Notes: generated by a model from the letters alone, not told the origin. Counted from the stretch's first letter, positions 15,235 to 43,002 are shown. The stretch: 64,000 nucleotides of DNA from the human T2T-CHM13v2.0 reference genome, Homo sapiens (GCF_009914755.1 NC_060945.1); one strand, 5' to 3'. Translations and numbers: made by a program.

Positions 15235-15273
15235 ATGGCGGCTGAGAGGAGCTGTGCGTGCGCGAACATGTAA
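15235..15273 (+). promoter_or_regulatory. Upstream ORF MAAERSCACANM* ending in ATG-TAA
   Basis: GCGATGG strong Kozak context; 12 codons; stop 26 nt before the main ATG. Confidence 0.7.
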
Positions 15274-15299
15274 CTGGTGGGATCTGCGGCGGCTCCCAG

Positions 15300-15375
15300 A
15301 TGATGGTCGTCCTCCTGGGCGCGACGACCCTAGTGCTCGTCGCCGTGGCGCCATGGGTGTTGTCCGCAGCCGCAG
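15300..15375 (+). CDS. IFNAR1: IFNAR1 coding exon 1 (signal peptide MMVVLLGATTLVLVAVAPWVLSAAA-G)
   Basis: ATGATG at 15300; translation matches the interferon alpha/beta receptor 1 N-terminus; donor CAG|GTGAG; 76 nt. Confidence 0.98.
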
Positions 15376-15664
15376 GTGAGAGGCGGGGAGGAGAGTCTTG
15401 GCGCAGGGCGGGAGGTAGGGCACGCAGCTGGGCTACGGGGGCGGCGATGCTGTTGGGGGCGACAGACGCCCAGTCTGGGAAACCTTCGGTCCACTTTGCC
15501 GCGCCAAAGATTAAACCCGACCTGGGCTCGCAAATCAACCAGGAGAAAGTGGTGTTCTGGGTCCTCTCTTGCCGCTTGCCTGTGGCCGTGTACGGGTCCT
15601 CGGGAGCGCCCGGGTCCCACCCCCGTGAAATGGCGGTGCCAGAGCTTTGTGTCGAGTTTGATTC

Positions 15665-15675
15665 TTTCCGGGAAA
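15665..15675. promoter_or_regulatory. GAS (STAT) consensus TTTCCGGGAAA in intron 1
   Basis: Exact TTC-N3-GAA with optimal flanks, inside the CpG island. Confidence 0.5.
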
Positions 15676-15830
15676 GTACCGCGGCTCCGCTGGTCTGTTT
15701 GATAATAAACAAAACATTTCCCGAAATGCATTTCCTCAATCTGGTGAATAGGCGCCCAGTCCCACGGGGGAGTGAGCTAAGTGTGGCCAGGATTTCTCTG
15801 CCCTCAGGATTCATACAGGCCAATAAAAAA

Positions 15831-17047
<1,217 letters not shown>

Positions 17048-17894
17048 AAAAATAATAAAAGAAAAATACAAAGGCAGGGCGTCACCAGGCTAATTTGCTG
17101 AAATTCTTCATACTTACTTGGGATGCATGGGGGAATGGCAACTATTACAAGGTTGATAGAGAGTGAGAGGTAATTTTGTAGTGAGGAGGGGTACCCAAAG
17201 AGAATCAGGGCTAGCATCCCAGTGCAGGAGTCCAGGTGGTCTGTGAGCCTGCAAGTGAGTTCAAAATACTTTACCTGTTGGCTTAGGAAACCATATACCT
17301 GTGTGGTACATGATATCCTATTTCTCAAACTTTTCCACAAATATGTAGTATACTTTTCCTAGGATGTGGGTACTAGGGTCCTGGTGCATCCCATAGTAAT
17401 TTCTTTGAAGTCTTTTGTTTATGAAAAACTTGCATTAAACTCATGTTTGGTTTGATGTGAAAAAAGCTTTCCCAGAATTTTCATATAAAATTGACATTCC
17501 AGGAGGGTGTGCATTAAGAAATTAATTTAAAATTAGGTTAGCGGACAGGTGGCAAGATATAATTTATAGGCATTTATCATTTCTTAAGCTCTTAGCTGTG
17601 TGCCAGGCAGTAATCTAAGTGTTTTAAAGGTATAAACTCATTAAGCTTTCAGAGCAGTGTAGATACTGTTATGCTTAGTTAACAGACAAGGAAACTGAGC
17701 AACGGAGAGATCAAGTAACTTGCCTGAGGCTGTATAGGCCAGTCCGTGGAGGAGTGGGAAGTCAAATCCTGAGTCTGGACTAATAGCCTTGGGGCTTAAC
17801 CAGACTAGACTGTTTTCCCAAAGGCCAAACAATTTAAATTCCTGATTGTCCACTTGTATGTTAAGGGCCTAATTATCAGTATCTTTCAGTTAAC

Positions 17895-18743
17895 TGTGAG
17901 CCCAAAAATATCTGAGACCGGTCTGAAATCAACTTAGAAAGTTTATTTTGCCAAGGTTAAGGATGCATTCATGACACAGCCTCAAGAGGTCCTGGCCACA
18001 TGTGCCCAAGGTGGTCAAGGTCCAGCTTGCTTTTATACATTTTAGGGAGACATATCAATCAGTACATCTAAGATGTACATTTGATTGGTTCGATCTGGAA
18101 AGGCAGGACAACTCAAAGCAAGGCTTCCAGGTCATAGGTAGATTTAAAGATTTTCTGATTGGTAATTGGTTGAAATCAATGGAAAGGAATGTCTGGGATG
18201 TCCTAAGGGGTTGTGGAGACCAAAATTTTATCATGCAGATCAAGCTTGTCCAACCCACAGCCCACTGGCCGCGTGCAGCCCATGATGGCTTTGAATGCAG
18301 TCCAACACAAATTCGTAAACTTTCTTAAAACATGAGGGGTTTTTGTTTTGTTTGTTTTCTTTCTGTTTTTTTGTTTGTTTGTTTTTAGCTCATCAGATAT
18401 TGTTAGTGTATTTTGTGTGTGGCCCAAGACAGTTGTTCTTCCAGTGTGGCCCACGGAAGCAAAAAGAGTGGACACCCTTGATGCAGATGAGGCCTGCAGA
18501 TAGCAGGCTTCAGAGAGAATAGATTGTAACTGTTTCTTGTGAAACTTAACGTCTGTGTTGTTGTTAATGGTGGTTAGCTTTTTCTGAATTCCAGAAGAGA
18601 GGAGGGTATAATGAGGCATATCCAAACCTCACTTCGCATCATGGCCTGAAGTAGTTTTTCAGGTTAGCTTTGGAATGCCCTTGGTCAGGAGAAGGGGTCC
18701 ATTCTGATGGTTGGGGGACTTAGAATTTTATTTTTGGTTTACG
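17895..18743 (-). mobile_element. MER4-family LTR with nested MER30
   Basis: gtttattttgccaaggttaagga...ggggacttagaattttatttttggtttac; 4-bp TSD TAAC. Confidence 0.75.
18241..18480. mobile_element. MER30-like hAT MITE
   Basis: 8-bp TSD ATGCAGAT on both sides; imperfect TIRs. Confidence 0.75.
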
Positions 18744-20127
18744 TAACTATCTACTTTTTCCCCAAAAAAAATCATGTTGAAAACTCAAGACCTTAAGTTT
18801 ACAGCTCAAGCTGATCCTGAAAGTTATCTCAGTGAGATTGTAATGTTGCTCAGTCTTTCAGAAGTTGTATAAATGTACCTTTTAGCCTAGTAAATGCAAT
18901 TCTAGGACTCTAGATTAAGAAAACTATCCAAAATATGGGAAGACATTTACTTACATATTTGTACAGATATCTATATTTGGATTTATGTCAGACTTAAAGA
19001 TATAGTAAACCATTTTGGTCGTGAAAATGAATGTGAAAGGTTGAAAGCAACCAAAATTATAAATGCATTATATATATATTAGATTAAATGTCCATTTATA
19101 CATTTACATGTGGGGTAATTAATTGTTAATATACTAATATAAAACATTTTAATATACTAGTAAATTAATATATTGTATGTTAATGTTACATAACAATTTA
19201 TGAAAAAATTATTAAAAGGAGATTGCCAATAATAATAGAGCAAAATCTGTGAAAACTAAAATCCTGTTTAATAACTTTATTTCCAAGCCCCTGTCCATTT
19301 ATCAGTCAGTTATTTGTTGGTCTTCCAAATGCCAACATGCCTGTAACTTCAGGGTCTCCTTCTTTTAGCAGTAAAGGATTTTTTTTCTCCCTGAGGAAAT
19401 CACTAGCTGTACCCTATAACATTTTCTATTCTTGTCTCAAGGCCCAAAATTACTAGAATTATAATATTCTGCACAAGATATTGTAAATACTACAAATGCC
19501 ATCAGATCTTTTGTTAAACTCTGTAAACCCAGTTGCTACCCTTTGGCTGCATAGAATCTATAAATTCTAACAAATGGATGAGAACCAAGTTAAGAATTCT
19601 AGAGTGGGATAAGGGGATGTGATGTATTCTATTCAGGGATGAAGTTTTAGAGACTCCAAGTATGAAACAGAAAATTGAGGATGGGGAGACCTGATGGGTA
19701 CCACATTAAGTTTAAAAAAAAAAAAAGTGTTTTCTCAGCTGTCTCCCCTTTTGACCCCATACTATAAGATCTAACTGGAAAGAGCAAGAAGCTGTCTCAG
19801 TTAAGAAAGTTCTATACAAGAACCCCTGTGGTAGAACAAGTCTACAACAAGATAACATGATTGCCCCAAGGCAGAAGTAAAAGAAATATTGTAGGAACCA
19901 TAAATGAATTTAAAAGCTGATCTTTTAAAAAATATATAACTTATCAAAGTGAGAGATCAGTCCTTTATGATATTTAAGGAGTTCCTGTGAATGCACCATT
20001 ATGCTGGATACTCTGAAAAAATGCAAATCAAGTATGAAGCGATATAAATTCTGCCCTTAAGGAACTTGCAATCTAGTTGGAGATTTATGTTTAACACAAA
20101 GAAGCAGTTTTTACAAATACTTCTTTT

Positions 20128-24857
<4,730 letters not shown>

Positions 24858-25345
24858 GAGGGGACAGTGCAGATTCAGGCAGGTGCAATGGCTTCTGGGG
24901 AAGACCCAGCCAGTGGGGCTATTGCCAGCATCCAGTCAGCTGCCACCTTCCCTGACCCCAGTGTCAAGTGATGCGCAGGGTGATCCAGGTGTGTGAGGGG
25001 CAGCTGGATGTCCAGACTGAGGGCACTGGTGCCATCAGTGGCTATCCTACCACTCAATTCATGACCCAGGTGGTGATCCAGGGTGATATCACCAGTTATG
25101 ATGCAGTTAACACAGAGGGGAAAGCTGCTGAGATACACTATACTTTCCCACCCCTGCAGTGGGAGATGGGGCAGGGGGTACCACATCAGGGAGTACAGCT
25201 GCTGTTGTTACTACCCAGGGCTCAGAGGCACTGCTTGGGCAGGTGACTCTTCCTGGCACTGGTCAATTATTTGTGATGATGTCACCACAAGGAGTACTGC
25301 AGGGAGGAAGCCAGCACTTGATTGCCCCTAGGACTCAACCTTATT
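24858..25345 (+). pseudogene. USF1P1: Processed pseudogene fragment of USF1 (N-terminal half, EGTVQIQ...GGSQ..IAPRT.PY)
   Basis: Translations EDPASGAIASIQSAATFPDP, RVIQVCEGQLDVQTEGTGAISGYP and GDGAGGTTSGSTAAVVTTQGSEALLGQ match USF1; intronless across several USF1 exons; frameshifts. Confidence 0.9.
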
Positions 25346-25709
25346 TATTTGGACGTAACACCATTGTAAGTCAAGAAGCATCTCTATCTATCTATGAACA
25401 TACAATGTGAAATCAAATTGAGGCCATAAAACAGTTGAACCTCATCATAAGAGTGACTCATCGGTGTCACTTCTAAGACCAAGAAAAATTCTATTTTTAT
25501 GCAGAGACCATTTGTTTTTTAATTAAAAGACAACTCTATTTCAAAGAGGAAAAAAAATCAACTCTTTTTTCAGCTCTCTCAGATGCAGAAATGTAATTAT
25601 CAGCATCCCTGTGCTGGGAGCAATCATTAGTTTTTTTAGATTTTTAAAATATACTTCATTATGTTTCACTGTATTCATTCTTTAATCAGGGATGTGAGGG
25701 ATAGAATAA

Positions 25710-25922
<213 letters not shown>

Positions 25923-26160
25923 TGACCTGAATAATTTTTACAAGTTTAACAACACCATAATTTTTAGATTTGGAAAGTGTTTGGTTTTTCTATTTTTTAG
26001 AAATGTTACGCCTATTTTACATAATATTTTTAACTTTGTTTCTGTAGAGACTTAGTCAAATACATCTTTGGGTGTTGAAGCAAAAAATTGGGGATGAGGG
26101 TGGTAGACAGCGTCTCTAACCCATAGCCATTCCTTCTTTCTTCTGGGTGTTCCAGCTTCT

Positions 26161-26824
26161 TTTTTTTTTTTTTTTAATTATTATACTTTAAGTTTTAGGG
26201 TACATGTGCACAATGTGCAGGTTAGTTACGTATGTATACATGTGCCATGCTGGTGCGCTGCACCCACTAACTCGTCATCTAGCATTAGGTATATCTCCCA
26301 ATGCTATCCCTCCCCCCTCCCCCCATCCCACAACAGGCCCCAGAGTGTGATGTTCCCCTTCCTGTGTCCATGTGTTCTCATTGTTCAGTTCCCACCTATG
26401 AGTGAGAATATGCGGTGTTTGGTTTTTTGTTCTTGCGATAGTTTACTGAGAATGATGATTTCCAATTTCATCCATGTCCCTACAAAGGACATGAACTCAT
26501 CATTTTTTATGGCTGCATAGTATTCCATGGTGTATATGTGCCACATTTTCTTAATCCAGTCTATCATTGTTGGACATTTGGGTTGGTTCCAAGTCTTTGC
26601 TATTGTGAATAATGCCGCAATAAACATACGTGTGCATGTGTCTTTATAGCAGCATGATTTATAGTCCTTTGGGTATATACCCAGTAATGGGATGGCTGGG
26701 TCAAATGGTATTTCTAGTTCTAGATCCCTGAGGAATCGCCACACTGACTTCCACAATGGTTGAACTAGTTTACAGTCCCACCAACAGTGTAAAAGTGTTC
26801 CTATTTCTCCACATCCTCTCCAGC
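26161..26824 (-). mobile_element. 5'-truncated young L1PA (L1PA2-like) 3' end
   Basis: Near-consensus ORF2 C-terminus (CWWDCKLVQPLWKSVWRFL), poly-A, GAG (non-Ta) diagnostic, TSD TCCAGCTTCTTT. Confidence 0.92.
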
Positions 26825-26939
26825 TCCAGCTTCTTTCAATATAAGTTGGGGTCTGAGCTAGGGTATATCTTGAAGATATGGCATTGTACTCCAAAAGGTC
26901 CATCGAAGACCTTGGAATAGGCCACCAGGTTTCCTGTGA

Positions 26940-27495
<556 letters not shown>

Positions 27496-27829
27496 ATCGA
27501 TATATTGGACCTTGCATTTCTAAAGACTCAGTTTTTCTGGAGTGTTGATGTCTCTTCCTTAGTACTTTCTACTTAATTATTCAAGAGGAGAGGCAGGCAG
27601 AAGGAGGAATATAGAAGGGAACACAGATCAGGAAGTACAGTACTTTGCCTTCCGATTATGTGTTGGGGCCCCACCTGCCAACCATGTTCCCCTGTCCAAG
27701 AAAAAGCAGGCAATGAAGAAATAAGGCATTAGGCCCTCCGGAACCAGGAGCCCACCACTTCAGCCACAGCTGTGACACTATTCTCGAGTTGTAACTAAAA
27801 CTGGCATATGAATCTCACAGCTTCAGTAA

Positions 27830-28050
27830 TTGTGTATGCATATATAAACAAATACACACTGTATATATGCATATATACACTATATATATACATACTGTAT
27901 ATATACATTACACTATATATAATACATACTGTATACATACATATACACACATTGTGTATACATACATATACACACATTGTGTATACATACATATACACAC
28001 TATATATACATATACACACTGTATATGTATATGTATATACACACACAAAT
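27830..28050. repeat. Degenerate (TA/CA)n simple repeat
   Basis: tatatacacactgtatat-type units. Confidence 0.85.
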
Positions 28051-28480
28051 TCATATATGACTTTTCTCAGAATTGATCATTTAAAATTTTTTATCTCTAG
28101 AGATTTTCATTAAATTGAACTTTGAGTTTGGTTACCAGTTTTGTTTTTTCCCTTAGTTTGGAATTTCCTTATGAACAACTATTTTAGGTAGAGAAGGAAT
28201 TATTTCAGATACCCTTATTTAATGTTACTTGTATAAAGAAACTATTTGCAAAATATGCATCCAACAAGAGCTTAATATCCAAGGAACTCAAACAATCAAC
28301 AACAAAACCCAAATCCATCAAAAGGTAGGCAAAAGATAGGAATAGATATTTTTCAAAAGAAAACATACAGTGGCCAACAAGTATGTGAAAAAATGGTCAA
28401 CATCACTCTAATCATCAGAGAAATGCAAACGAAACCTGCCATGAGATATTGTCTCCCCGCAGTCAGAATGGCTGTTATTA

Positions 28481-29432
<952 letters not shown>

Positions 29433-29885
29433 TAAGTTTTAAATTTTTGATAAGGTTTTCTGTTTATAATGAGAGTTTCTGGATTTTTAGAAATAGATTC
29501 TGATGTGGAACCTTTTCAAGAATGTTTAAGGTATTTTTAATGCCAGCTCTAATCTCAGGCCTCAGATATGTAAAAGTGGAAGTGAAAACTGGCCAAGAAT
29601 GAAGTATTTCATATGCTAGTGTATATTTTTGGTAATTTCTTAAAAATGTTTCCATTTTGAAAAACAAGGTAGACTTGTATTTGGTTCAGCAACAAAATTA
29701 TTTTGGTATTATCTCTGGTTTCTAATATCTAAATCGTCTTTAAAATGGCATCTGTGATATTATTAAAAATAAATAAATCAGCTAATGAATTAGGCTTGAC
29801 AAAAATGCCTTCCCAGAAGATAGTTTCTCTGCTACTTATGGTCAATGGGCTTAACATAGGTAAAAGTTCTCAAATCTGCTAAATT

Positions 29886-30830
<945 letters not shown>

Positions 30831-31242
30831 ACTTTCAATAAGGAAGATAAGATCCAGAAACACAAAATAGTTTACCAAAAGTCACACAGCTATTTTTAAC
30901 AGAGCCAACATACTAAATCCACTTTTACCTTATGGGTCATTTATTTCTCTGCTTCCTGAAGCAACCACCCACAAAATTATATAAAGAACTGTATTTTAAA
31001 ATTCAGTTTCATAAGTAATAACTTGGCTTATATGCATTGAAAAAGAGTGGAAGGGTGTATGCTAAAATGTTAATAGGACATTAGCTCAAGTAGAAGAAAT
31101 AACTCTTAAACCAAAAATAGAAATAACTCTTAAACAAGAGTTATTAAGAGTTAAGAAATAACTCTTATACCAGTAAATAGAAAGTATTTGACACTTACAT
31201 TTATACATTTGCTCACTCATTCATTTGTTTTTTTTACTTTAA

Positions 31243-31500
<258 letters not shown>

Positions 31501-31929
31501 TGATGCAAAATCTAACATCTTTTAAAAAGAACAAAAATTCCCTTAAACCTATATCTTCTTCCTGCTATGGCTCCATTTGTCCTACTTTCCCTGTAGTAGT
31601 GGTTCTCAAAGAGTGATCCTCAAGGCCCTTTCAGGGGGCTGTAAAGACAAAGCTATATTTATGACAAATCTAAGACTTAGTTGCCTTTTTAATTTTTGTT
31701 CTTTCTTGTATTCACAGTGGAGTTTTCCAGAGGAGGCTGTTTGATGTGTGATGTGGTGATATGGTCACTGATTTAACATAGAATTCAATGTGAAATTCAT
31801 CTGCCTTCTTTATTAATCCAAACATTCAAAAGATTTGGAAAAAAAATGTAAAACAGCACCACTCTGAAGTTTCTATGTTCCTTTTGGCAAATGTTTGTTA
31901 CCATAAAATAGGTTTATCATTGTTATTTC

Positions 31930-33186
<1,257 letters not shown>

Positions 33187-33200
33187 TCATCCCTCTGTAG

Positions 33201-33692
<492 letters not shown>

Positions 33693-33780
33693 TAATCGAT
33701 GTGAGAGAAAAATTAGGCGAATTAATCCTAAAATTTGACTTTATACTTTTTTAAAGAACCAACTTATATTTGTGTTATAG

Positions 33781-33942
<162 letters not shown>

Positions 33943-34119
33943 TAGATTCAATAAATATATAAACAGATTGTCAATTTTGGCATCTTCCCCATATTGCTGA
34001 AGTTTACATGATAGGTCAATATATGTTAAAAACATTGTAACATTTACATAAGCAAAATAAATGTTACTTGGGATTTTTGTCTCAAATAGTAATGAAAATT
34101 AATTCTACTTAAAAGTTCA

Positions 34120-35355
<1,236 letters not shown>

Positions 35356-35491
35356 TAGTATTACATAGTGTGAATACAAACCATATTTAACTATTACCTT
35401 ATAATGATAAAATGCGAGCCTTTATCTTCTTGCCAGTTATCTCACTTGAGTAAAAATGTGTGCTTTTTTTTATCTGTTCTTTGGCTTCTAG

Positions 35492-35606
35492 TTGAAAATG
35501 AACTACCTCCACCAGAAAATATAGAAGTCAGTGTCCAAAATCAGAACTATGTTCTTAAATGGGATTATACATATGCAAACATGACCTTTCAAGTTCAGTG
35601 GCTCCA
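35492..35606 (+). CDS. IFNAR1: IFNAR1 exon 6 ([26 protein letters not shown]...QWLH)
   Basis: TTCTAG| acceptor, CA|GTAAGT donor, 115 nt. Confidence 0.97.
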
Positions 35607-37109
35607 GTAAGTTCCATTCCATAAATTTCCTTTTGCCCAGTTTGTTTTGATTATGCTTCTTTTCGCTCTGCATCAGTCACCAGGTCCTTGCACACAGAAT
35701 GACCGACTGGGAGGTGGGTACGATATATTGGAAACGTGAGAAATCTCATTTCTAACCCCAGTTCTGCCAGTAACTAACTGGATGACATTGAGCTAATCGC
35801 TTAACCTCCATGGGCCTCAATTTCTTCACTTGTAAAATAGATGGATTCTAATATCTGGGGTTCTTACTGGCTTAAGAAAAAAAAGAAAGTGTAACTAGTT
35901 GCATGTGTTATTTCCCCAATCTGGAAGACTCGACAGTTGACCCTGATCTTTTTCTAAGAACTCACTTCTTCCATGAGTCCTTAAAATGATCTCAGTCCAC
36001 TCACTTGTTCAATTCAAAAAATTAGCCTTCCTATTTTCTTTATTACTTTAGTGGTTTTGACAAAATTTTGTAGTAGATACTTCGGTGGGAAAGAAAGTTG
36101 GAAAGAACTATGTTCTATGTGGTTGAGCAGAGGCTAGCTAAACATGGATGAAGTCCAGGCGCTGCATAAATGAAAGAGAACTGGCCTGGTGCAGTGGCGC
36201 ATGCCTATCGTCCCAGCTACTCAGTGGGCTGAGGCAGGAGGATTACTTGAGGCCAGGAATTGAGGCTGCAGTGTTGTATGATCACACCTGCTAGTAGCCG
36301 CTGCACTGCAGCCTGGGCAACATAGTGAGACCCCCATCTCTAAGCATTAAAATTTTTAAAAAGCTGATAAAAGAGAACTGCATGTAGTTTATATTGATTG
36401 GAAAATTGTAGGAGATGAATAGAGAAAAGAGAAGAGGAAAATTAAGTAGAAGGAAAAATGGGTTATGGGGAGAAAAGAGATGGAAAGAAAGATATACATT
36501 GGTGGCAGAGGAGTAGAGAGAGCAAAGGCAAGTATAGCTAAGACAGGAAAGGAAAAGTCAGAAGAAACTGGAAAGAAACAGAAAAAATGAGGGAGAAGGG
36601 AAGTGTAAGTACCGCTATGATCAATTTCTATCTTTTAGTGTTAATTTTGAACCAAGGGTGACTGGTAGAATGCAAATGCATTTATGTGCATATGTGCCCC
36701 ACAATGCATATATAACCTCACAAACCAATCAGGAAACTGTTCAGTAGTCTTTTGTGTATACCTCACTTTCAGAAGTGAATAAATAATAGGGTCACCAAAT
36801 AGATAATGAGAGGTATTTCTGATAGCTGATCTCTAAGCTTCTTTTGGGTACTTACCATATTGTACAAAGCACTGAAGAAATGGAAAGAGTCAGCAGAATC
36901 AAACGTGGTTCAAAAATTGAAAGCAGTTAGCCAACATTGCAAAGTGTTGTGTGGTTTAGGACTAAAGAGTGGTATACAAATTATAAGGGTTGCAGAAATT
37001 GAAAATGTAAAGGTGAATAGGGGCTAAAGAGACCAAAGAAGCCATAAGGAAAGAGATAAGGTATGAACAAGGCCTTGATTGTTAATTCAGATTTTTTTTA
37101 AGTAGACAA

Positions 37110-38070
<961 letters not shown>

Positions 38071-38804
38071 GGGGAGGATGTCCTTCTAGAGTAGCAGAAC
38101 ATTTGGACACCAGGTGGCAATGGGAAGAAAGCTGAATAAGTAGAATGGGACAAGATTAGGGTCAACCTCAGGCTGTCCTGTAGGCTTTTGGGGATTTTGT
38201 GTTGGGGTGATAGTTAACCTGAGCTCTGGATTTGAGGAAGGTGCATGCGGCGACATGGTATGTGGGAGAGTGGACTAAGGAGACACTAAAGAGAGATAAG
38301 GAAACCAGTCAGGAGGCTATTAGAGTTCTGGGCTTGAACTGAGATGCTTTTAGCTGTTGGTTTCTGGGCAAGTTACTTAACCTCTTTAGTCTCGTACTTA
38401 TACTTGCTCTTATAACCCCGCAGTGTGTCTCTATTTTAGCACTTAATCAGTGTCCATTGGTATGCTGGCGCATGTTTAGCAGCTGGCTTTCCAGAAAGAA
38501 AAAGTCCTATTTTGTAGTGTTTGCTGATTTTTATGATATAAATATTCCCACCATGGCCACTTTCAAGCCACCAGCCTGATGTCCCTGAATATGGAGTTGG
38601 GAACATATGCACAGTAGCACACCACTATCATATAGCTACAATAGATAAAGATAGCCCCAAGAGCTTAGAAAATAAAATGTAGTAAAATAATTAGGACAAG
38701 ATGAATTTATTTATTACCTCTGTCTTTAAAACAATTTTTTATTTGCAAATTTATATAACTTAATTTTTAGTAATGGTTTTTCTTTAAAAACCAGTTTGTA
38801 TTTT

Positions 38805-39070
38805 AGGAGGCCGAGGTAGGTGGATCACCTGAGGTCAGGAGTTCAAGACCAGCCTGGCCAACATGACGAAACCCCATCTCTACTAAAAATACAAAAATTA
38901 GGCAGGCCTGGTGGCGTGCACCTGTAATCCCAGCTACTCAGGGGGACAGAGGCAGGAGAATTGCTTGAACCCAGGAGGCAGAGGTTGCAGTGAGCCAAGA
39001 TCCTACCACTCCACTCCAGCCTGGGTGACAGAGCGAGACTCGGTCTCAAAAAAAAAGCCAAAAAAAATAA
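38805..39070 (+). mobile_element. 5'-truncated Alu
   Basis: Alu consensus. Confidence 0.85.
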
Positions 39071-39335
39071 ACCAGCTTGCAGCATTCCTGGAAATTCTAA
39101 CTAACAGATGTTCTTGCATATTGATATGAGCCACCTCCAGCAGAGCACAACATGACCACAGTCTGGAACAGTCTTTGGTTTTCTTTTATGTTAGATGCAT
39201 ATCTCTTCCATTGTTTGTGAGTTTCCTGAGTGTGGATACTATTTATTTCTGTAACCTTAGCCCCTAACATAGTGTCTGGCAATTGTAAATACTTAATAAA
39301 TATCTAATGAATTTAAAAAATATTTGTCTTAAAAG

Positions 39336-39535
39336 CGCCTTTTTAAAAAGGAATCCTGGAAACCATTTGTATAAATGGAAACAAATACCTGACTGTGAAA
39401 ATGTCAAAACTACCCAGTGTGTCTTTCCTCAAAACGTTTTCCAAAAAGGAATTTACCTTCTCCGCGTACAAGCATCTGATGGAAATAACACATCTTTTTG
39501 GTCTGAAGAGATAAAGTTTGATACTGAAATACAAG
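39336..39535 (+). CDS. IFNAR1: IFNAR1 exon 7 ([23 protein letters not shown]...DTEIQ)
   Basis: TTAAAAG| acceptor, AAG|GTAAG donor, 200 nt. Confidence 0.97.
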
Positions 39536-39605
39536 GTAAGGCAGTAGTTTTTACTGGAGATTGTAATTCTCTGGTGCAAGTTTTTAAAATTGTTTTTCTA
39601 ATTGA

Positions 39606-39815
<210 letters not shown>

Positions 39816-39892
39816 TAACTTAGAGTTATAATTATGATTTGGGTAAATAAAGCTTGAATGTAAAATTTGGGGGAAATTTTTAAACTTTATGT

Positions 39893-42882
<2,990 letters not shown>

Positions 42883-43002
42883 TACATACCAACTACGTGG
42901 GAGAGGCCAATGTTAGACTGAACATAAAAAATTGAGAAAGCACATATTCCCTGATTTCTTGAGGTGACTAAATTTTATCAGTGATTTAATTATATTTTCT
43001 AG

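Larger units (their letters stand above)
14480..15760. promoter_or_regulatory. CpG island / IFNAR1 TATA-less promoter with GC boxes and NRF1-like sites
   Basis: High GC and CpG density around exon 1; GGGGCGG x3; GCGCGTGCGY x4. Confidence 0.9.

Noticed and set aside
14467-15823. Sense and antisense ORFs over the CpG island (e.g. 225 aa on -, 141 aa on +)
   Set aside because: GC-rich, stop-poor sequence with no recognisable protein. An upstream non-coding first exon (donor-like CAG|GTGTGT at ~14883) cannot be supported from sequence alone.
26385-26903. 172-aa ORF resembling the C-terminus of a reverse-transcriptase protein
   Set aside because: Tail of a 5'-truncated L1PA; non-autonomous.
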